32,000 nucleotides of DNA. It comes from Candidatus Iainarchaeum sp. Lineage in GTDB: Archaea > Iainarchaeota > Iainarchaeia > Iainarchaeales > 0-14-0-20-34-12. The stretch covers positions 17,623 through 49,622 of the forward strand of contig JAUSKK010000045.1 in NCBI GenBank assembly GCA_030649345.1, given 5' to 3'. Shown in pieces: positions 27,743 through 32,000 of this stretch. The stretch's first letter is position 1. Every line of letters starts with the position of its first letter. A program made the position numbers and the translations under genes. The notes under the pieces are model-generated. The model had not been told where the DNA came from, did not search any database, and was given only the letters and a program-made list of their open reading frames with translations.

Positions 27743-29228
27743 AGGAGGTGATCCGTCCGCAGGTTCCCCTACGGACACCTTGTTACAACTTAGCCCGTCT
27801 TGCAAAGCGCAGAATCGTTGTACTCTTGTGAGCACAACTCATCTAAACTTTACTCAACTGGCTTGATGGGCAGTGTGTGCAAAGCGCAGGGACGTATTCA
27901 CCGCGTGATTATGACACGCGATTACTGGGGATTCCAGGCGTTCACGAGGGCGAGTTCCAGCCCTCGATCTGAACTGAGGCTAAGGTTATGGGATTGCCTT
28001 GCCCTTTCGGGGTCGGAACCAATTGTCTTAGCCATTGTAGGCCGCGTGTAGCCCAGAGCATTCGGGCCATACAGATCTACCGTTGCCCACTCCTTCCTCT
28101 AGTTTGCACTAGCTGTCTTTCTCGAGTGCTCGACCTAAAATAGGCCGGTCGCAACAAAAAACGTGGGTCTCGCTCGTTGCCAGAGTTGACTGGACGTTTC
28201 ACAATACGAGCTGACGATGACCATACAACACCTCTCAGCGTGTCAGGTAAGCCCTTCAGACTGACCATCATTCTGCTGTCGGCTCTGGTGAGCTGTCTGG
28301 CGTTGAGTCCAATTAAACCGCAGCCTCCACCCCTTGTAGTGCGCTCCCGCCAATTCCATTAAGTTTCAGTCTTGCGACCTTACTTCCCAGGCGGTGGACT
28401 TAACATCTTCACTTCGGCACACCAACATTAAAATATTGGCACACCTAGTCCACATCGTTTACGGCTAGGACTAACCGGGTATCTAATCCGGGTCGCTCCC
28501 CTAGCTTTCGTCTCTCACCGTCAAGTTCGTACTGGTTAGACGCCTTCGCTACTGGTGGTCCTTTCGGGATCATAACATTTCACCGTTACCCCGAAAATTC
28601 CTCTAACCTCTTCCGACTTCGAGCCCAACAGTATCCCCAGCCATTCAATCAGTTAAGCTGATTGATTTCACCAGGGACTTATTGAACAGGCTACAAACGC
28701 TTTAGGCCCAATATACAAGGACACCACTTGTGGAGCACGTTTTACCGCGGCGGCTGGCACGTGTCTTGCCCCCCACTTATTCACTAAGATGTCTAGTCTT
28801 AATAAAAGCCAGCAAAGCTGGCACTCGGAATCCCCCTATCGTACTTGCGTACATTGTAGAGTTTTCGCGACTGCTGCACCCCTTAGGGCTAGGAACAGTG
28901 TCTCAGTTTCCTTCTCTGGGCAACCTCTTCCAAGGCCCATACGGATCTTTGGTTTGGTGGGCCGTTACCCCGCCAACAGCCTAGTCCGCCGCAGACTCAT
29001 CCACAGACGATTGCACTTACATGATGTGTATCCTTTTGCTAACATTCCTTCCAGAGCTTGTTAGCTATGAAACATTACCCTCACTTTCGCGAGTTTAATT
29101 TCTTCTATGGGTAGATTGTCTACGTGTTACTGAGCAGTTTGCCATAAACACTCGTAGTTGTGTTTATTAGACTTGCATGTCTTAACCGAATTCCGATAGC
29201 AGTGTCCGCCAGCAGGATCAGCTGGAAT
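27743..29228 (-). rRNA. rrs: 16S rRNA (1486 nt)
   Basis: Minus strand: 5' ATTCCAGCTGATCCTGCTGGCGGACACTGCTATCGG (archaeal type), GTGCCAGCCGCCGCGGTAA, GCACACAC.GCCC, 3' ...GTAACAAGGTGTCCGTAGGGGAACCTGCGGACGGATCACCTCCT. ORF-track entries inside are spurious. Confidence 0.93.
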
Positions 29229-29273
29229 TATATTCGGACTGAAAAATAATAAAATTGATTTAATTAAGAGCGT

Positions 29274-29290
29274 TAATATCTTGCCAACAT
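29274..29290 (-). other. 5' strand of the pre-16S processing helix
   Basis: Pairs with 27710-27726 (17 bp, perfect). It lies 46 nt upstream of the 16S 5' end. Confidence 0.75.
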
Positions 29291-29367
29291 CACACTTGAA
29301 CTTCAACAGATCAAGTGCTCATGAAGCATAAAAAAAATTTAAATTTTTTCTATGCATGAGTATAATA

Positions 29368-29516
29368 AAAAATCCAATAAATTCTTTGTAATTTATTGTC
29401 TTTCGGGATTCGAAATCCAATGAATTTTTTTAAATTTATTGTCTCCAAGAATTTTCATTCTTGAAAATCCAATGAATTCTTGTTCATTGTCTTTCAAGAT
29501 TTCATTCTTGAAAATG
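29368..29516. repeat. three imperfect ~43-52-nt direct repeats upstream of the rRNA operon (candidate tandem promoter or regulator sites)
   Basis: Units start near 29371, 29414 and 29466. Shared core is AATCCAATRAATT-N8-11-T(T/C)ATTGTCT, and TTCATTCTTGAAAAT occurs twice (29455, 29501). On the transcribed strand each unit contains an A/T-rich TATA-like tract. Confidence 0.6.
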
Positions 29517-29798
29517 CGTAAAGATTTTTACGCAATTTTTTTTAATTTAGTGCTTTGCACTTATGAAGCCAAAGGAAAATTGTCCTTTGGAAAATTGTTA
29601 TTGCGCAAAAATTATTTTTGCAATAACTGGTGTGTGGAATTAAATTCGTAGACACTTTCAGCGGATCAAGACCAAAAGTGCTTTTAAGGCACGCCAATAG
29701 CTAAATTAGTCTATTTTGCGTTCCTATATATATTATATAGCCGCCTTTATAAAGGTTACGACAGTAAATGATCTTTTTTCAATCATTTTATGTAGACG

Positions 29799-30161
29799 TT
29801 ATGGTCTAAGTATTCGGCTGCGAAATCTTTCAATTTTCTTTAAAGCGGCTCTCGCTTCTTTTTTTTGGTCTTTGGTTCCTTCTGAAATTATTTCTAGTAA
29901 TACATCCGCAATAGTGTCTGCATGCAGTGGAATAACTCTGTTTTCAGTAATTTCTGTGCTAAGTAATTCAATTTCGCGGAATGTATTTCGCCATCTTTGA
30001 TCTTTGGGTGCGTGCACCAACTTTCGCTTGAGTATGTTCCACTTTTCTAAATTTACAGCTGCTTCTCGTTCTGCTCTTTTTACAGGCGCATTTTCTATTC
30101 TAAGCACGCGTCCGTGTTCAGCTGATCTTGGTACAAGCGGTTTTCGCGGTCGATTTAACAT
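29799..30161 (-). CDS. small basic protein with an Arg/Pro-rich N-terminus (hypothetical)
   Basis: 120 aa: MLNRPRKPLVPRSAEHGRVLR..., with a helical C-terminus (ADTIADVLLEIISEGTKDQKKEARAALKKIERF). The overlapping plus-strand ORF 29716-30000 is hydrophobic antisense noise. Confidence 0.6.
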   Translation of the reverse strand: MLNRPRKPLVPRSAEHGRVLRIENAPVKRAEREAAVNLEKWNILKRKLVHAPKDQRWRNTFREIELLSTEITENRVIPLHADTIADVLLEIISEGTKDQKKEARAALKKIERFRSRILRP

Positions 30162-30184
30162 ATACTTTGCTTGTGTGTTTTGGT

Positions 30185-30192
30185 ATTTAAAT
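30185..30192. promoter_or_regulatory. perfectly palindromic TATA-like box ATTTAAAT between divergent genes
   Basis: Centred about 28 nt from the ATG at 30161 (minus strand) and about 34 nt from the ATG at 30223 (plus strand). Function is inferred from spacing only. Confidence 0.35.
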
Positions 30193-30222
30193 CCTTTTCA
30201 TTCCAATGGTGTGTGAATTAGT

Positions 30223-30690
30223 ATGTCTAAACTTGTTCGTCATTTTACTGCTGGAACTTTTATTGTTCATCAATCTAAAGTTTTGTTAATTTTGCATCGC
30301 AAGCTCAATAAATGGCTTCCTCCTGGCGGTCATGTGGATGAAAATGAATTGCCGGATCAATGTGCTTTGCGCGAGGCCAAAGAAGAAGTTGGTTTGAAAA
30401 TTAAGCTAATTTCGTTTGCCAATCATTTGCCGAAAAAGTTTAAAACAACCAAAGTCTTAGTGCAGCCGTTTCATGTGAATGTTCATCAAATTTCTAAAAA
30501 TCATGAACATGTAGGTTTTGTGTTTTTTGGAAAACCAATCGGCAAACCTAAAATTAAAATGAATAAAAAAGAAATCGTGAAAGCTTCTTGGTTTTCTGAA
30601 AAAGATTTAGTGAAATTAAAAAATTTGCCGGATGATGTTTTGTTTTCTGCCAATCAAGCGATTGAATGGTTGAAATGGTTTCATAATTAG
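30223..30690 (+). CDS. Nudix hydrolase
   Basis: Nudix box GGHVDENELPDQCALREAKEEVGL (G-x5-E-x7-REUxEExGU). Confidence 0.85.
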   Translation: MSKLVRHFTAGTFIVHQSKVLLILHRKLNKWLPPGGHVDENELPDQCALREAKEEVGLKIKLISFANHLPKKFKTTKVLVQPFHVNVHQISKNHEHVGFVFFGKPIGKPKIKMNKKEIVKASWFSEKDLVKLKNLPDDVLFSANQAIEWLKWFHN

Positions 30691-30697
30691 AATTAAT

Positions 30698-31411
30698 TCA
30701 TTGTTTTTTTAGTATGACAATCATAGATAATCCGATTTTTTTTCTAAAAATATGCTTTTCTAATATTTGGAAGAATGGTACTAGTTGATCAAATAGTTTC
30801 ATGGCTTTTTTGTTTAAACTGTGTTTTTTAAGAATATTTCCTGTGATGTACCAGCCGATAATTCCAGGCACATTGGTGTGAAATATTTTTTCAATTTTAA
30901 AGTCTGTTTTATGTATTTTTTCTATAAGGTCTTTTTTAGTGTATCTGCGGTAATGCCCAACGGCTTGATCTAATGTATTAAATAAAAATTTGTGACATGG
31001 CACCAATAGTATAAATGTTCCATTTTTTTTAAGCACCGAGTAAACATTATGCAATGCACTCAAATCATCTTCTACGTGTTCTAATACATTGAGTGCAAAA
31101 GCAGAATCAAATTGGTTGCTAAGCATTTGAAAATCTTTTTCTGAATTTAAATCCAACTTTATGCGGTTTATGTTTGGCTTAGTTTTGAAAAGTGCTTTCA
31201 ATGTTTGAATGTATTTTGGATCAATTTCAGATAATAAAATTTGGTTTTGTGGAAAGTCTTTTGCGATTTTTTTTGAATAGCTTCCAATTCCACTTCCAAT
31301 TTCAAGTATGTTTCCTTGAAGAAATGGTTTAATTTCTTGGTAGATTAAATTTGTAAACTTTTCAGTGTTTTCGAATATTTCCAATGTTTTATCTAAGTTT
31401 GGGGATTCCAT
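30698..31411 (-). CDS. class I SAM-dependent methyltransferase
   Basis: Motif I ILEIGSGIGSYS, an acidic residue at the end of beta-2 (LLSEID), motif post-II ALNVLEHV, GTFILLVP. Confidence 0.8.
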   Translation of the reverse strand: MESPNLDKTLEIFENTEKFTNLIYQEIKPFLQGNILEIGSGIGSYSKKIAKDFPQNQILLSEIDPKYIQTLKALFKTKPNINRIKLDLNSEKDFQMLSNQFDSAFALNVLEHVEDDLSALHNVYSVLKKNGTFILLVPCHKFLFNTLDQAVGHYRRYTKKDLIEKIHKTDFKIEKIFHTNVPGIIGWYITGNILKKHSLNKKAMKLFDQLVPFFQILEKHIFRKKIGLSMIVILKKQ

Positions 31412-31424
31412 TTTTATCGACCAA

Positions 31425-32000
31425 TCAATTGCTGAATCTATATTTAATTACTTTTTTTACTGCGACTATGCCATCTTTCCAAGTAATTTTTTTCCCTTCA
31501 CTGATAGTTCGCGGTGAAAAATTTATCGGCACTTCCAGAATTGTGTATTTGTTTTTTAATAGCTTGGCTGTAATTTCAATTTCAATATCAAACTGGTTTG
31601 ACTTTAGCTCAAGTTGGTTTAATACCTTTTTTTTTACTAGTTTGTATCCTGTTTCTGGGTCTGTAATTTTTTTAAAAAATAAAAGAGTAGTTAATAGCGC
31701 AAGGAATCTGTTTCCAAACTCATGTAACCATATTTTTTTTCCAGTTCTTTTTTTCATAAATCTTGATCCATAGACTGCATCTGCATTGTTTTCAATCATA
31801 GTTTTCAATAATGCTGGTATGTCTGTGGGTGAATATTCTAAATCGGCATCTTGAATTAAAATAACGTCTCCAGTGGCCTCTTGTAAACCCAATCGAATTG
31901 CTGATCCTTTTCCGCCGTTTTTCTTAGATAAAAATTTAATTCCATGGATTTTTTCCAAGATTAACTGAGTTGAGTCTGTTGAACCATCGTCGACAATAAT
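31425..32000 (-). CDS. family 2 glycosyltransferase (dolichyl-phosphate sugar synthase-like), 5' end outside the window
   Basis: The frame stays open upstream of the track start. The minus strand from 32000 reads IIVDDGSTDSTQLILEKIHG..., then DADLEYSP (DxD-type) and YGSRF. The true start therefore lies beyond 32000. Confidence 0.8.
   Translation of the reverse strand: MIVDDGSTDSTQLILEKIHGIKFLSKKNGGKGSAIRLGLQEATGDVILIQDADLEYSPTDIPALLKTMIENNADAVYGSRFMKKRTGKKIWLHEFGNRFLALLTTLLFFKKITDPETGYKLVKKKVLNQLELKSNQFDIEIEITAKLLKNKYTILEVPINFSPRTISEGKKITWKDGIVAVKKVIKYRFSN

Noticed and set aside
29368-29516. Considered a CRISPR array or leader because of the direct repeats.
   Set aside because: There are only three imperfect units of unequal period with no unique spacers of regular length, and no cas genes. 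The position upstream of the 16S fits promoter or regulatory repeats.

Overview
AT-rich contig of archaeal origin. Evidence for archaea: the 16S 5' end reads ATTCCAGCTGATCCTGCTGGCGGACACTGCTATCGG, the 16S 1390s region has GCACACAC, and the 23S macrolide site is archaeal/eukaryal-type (AAGAGAAGACCCC). The rRNA operon is 16S-tRNAAla-23S on the minus strand with long-range processing helices and no 5S. Two tRNAs carry anticodon-loop introns (19 and 96 nt) that are far too short for group I introns. A DPANN-like small-genome archaeon is my inference only. Layout: 0-8.4 kb holds small uncharacterised proteins (wHTH-like, HD-domain, OB-fold, flavodoxin-like, membrane/secreted), tRNA-Leu, tRNA-Arg and a C45 Ntn-hydrolase. 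8.5-21.5 kb is a translation and leucine block: alaX, argS, a long RelA/SpoT homologue, leuS, then leuD-leuC-leuB-leuA-ilvE behind a wHTH gene, tightly overlapped on the minus strand. 21.7-23.7 kb has three tandem HAD paralogues, 23.9-29.3 kb the rRNA operon, and 29.8-32 kb a small basic protein, Nudix hydrolase, SAM methyltransferase and a GT2 glycosyltransferase that runs off the window. I saw no CRISPR array, transposase, integrase, toxin-antitoxin pair or recognisable defence system, and I cannot point to a clear new multi-gene system. The observations most worth follow-up are: (1) a long RSH with intact hydrolase motifs but a degenerate synthetase site, in an archaeal context; (2) a LeuRS with a bacterial-form core, an archaeal-type C-terminal domain and a degenerate CP1 Thr-rich motif; (3) 23S peptidyl-transferase-centre substitutions at normally invariant positions (2452, 2503, 2504) and 16S C1400U, in rRNAs that otherwise show compensated helices; (4) an exact 15-nt duplication of the tRNA-Leu 3' end bracketing a 93-nt GC-rich insert, flanked by two small genes with an identical 14-nt start; (5) a recurring Arg/Pro-rich N-terminal leader on four small proteins. 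All residue and position comparisons were made by eye against remembered reference sequences and need computed alignments.
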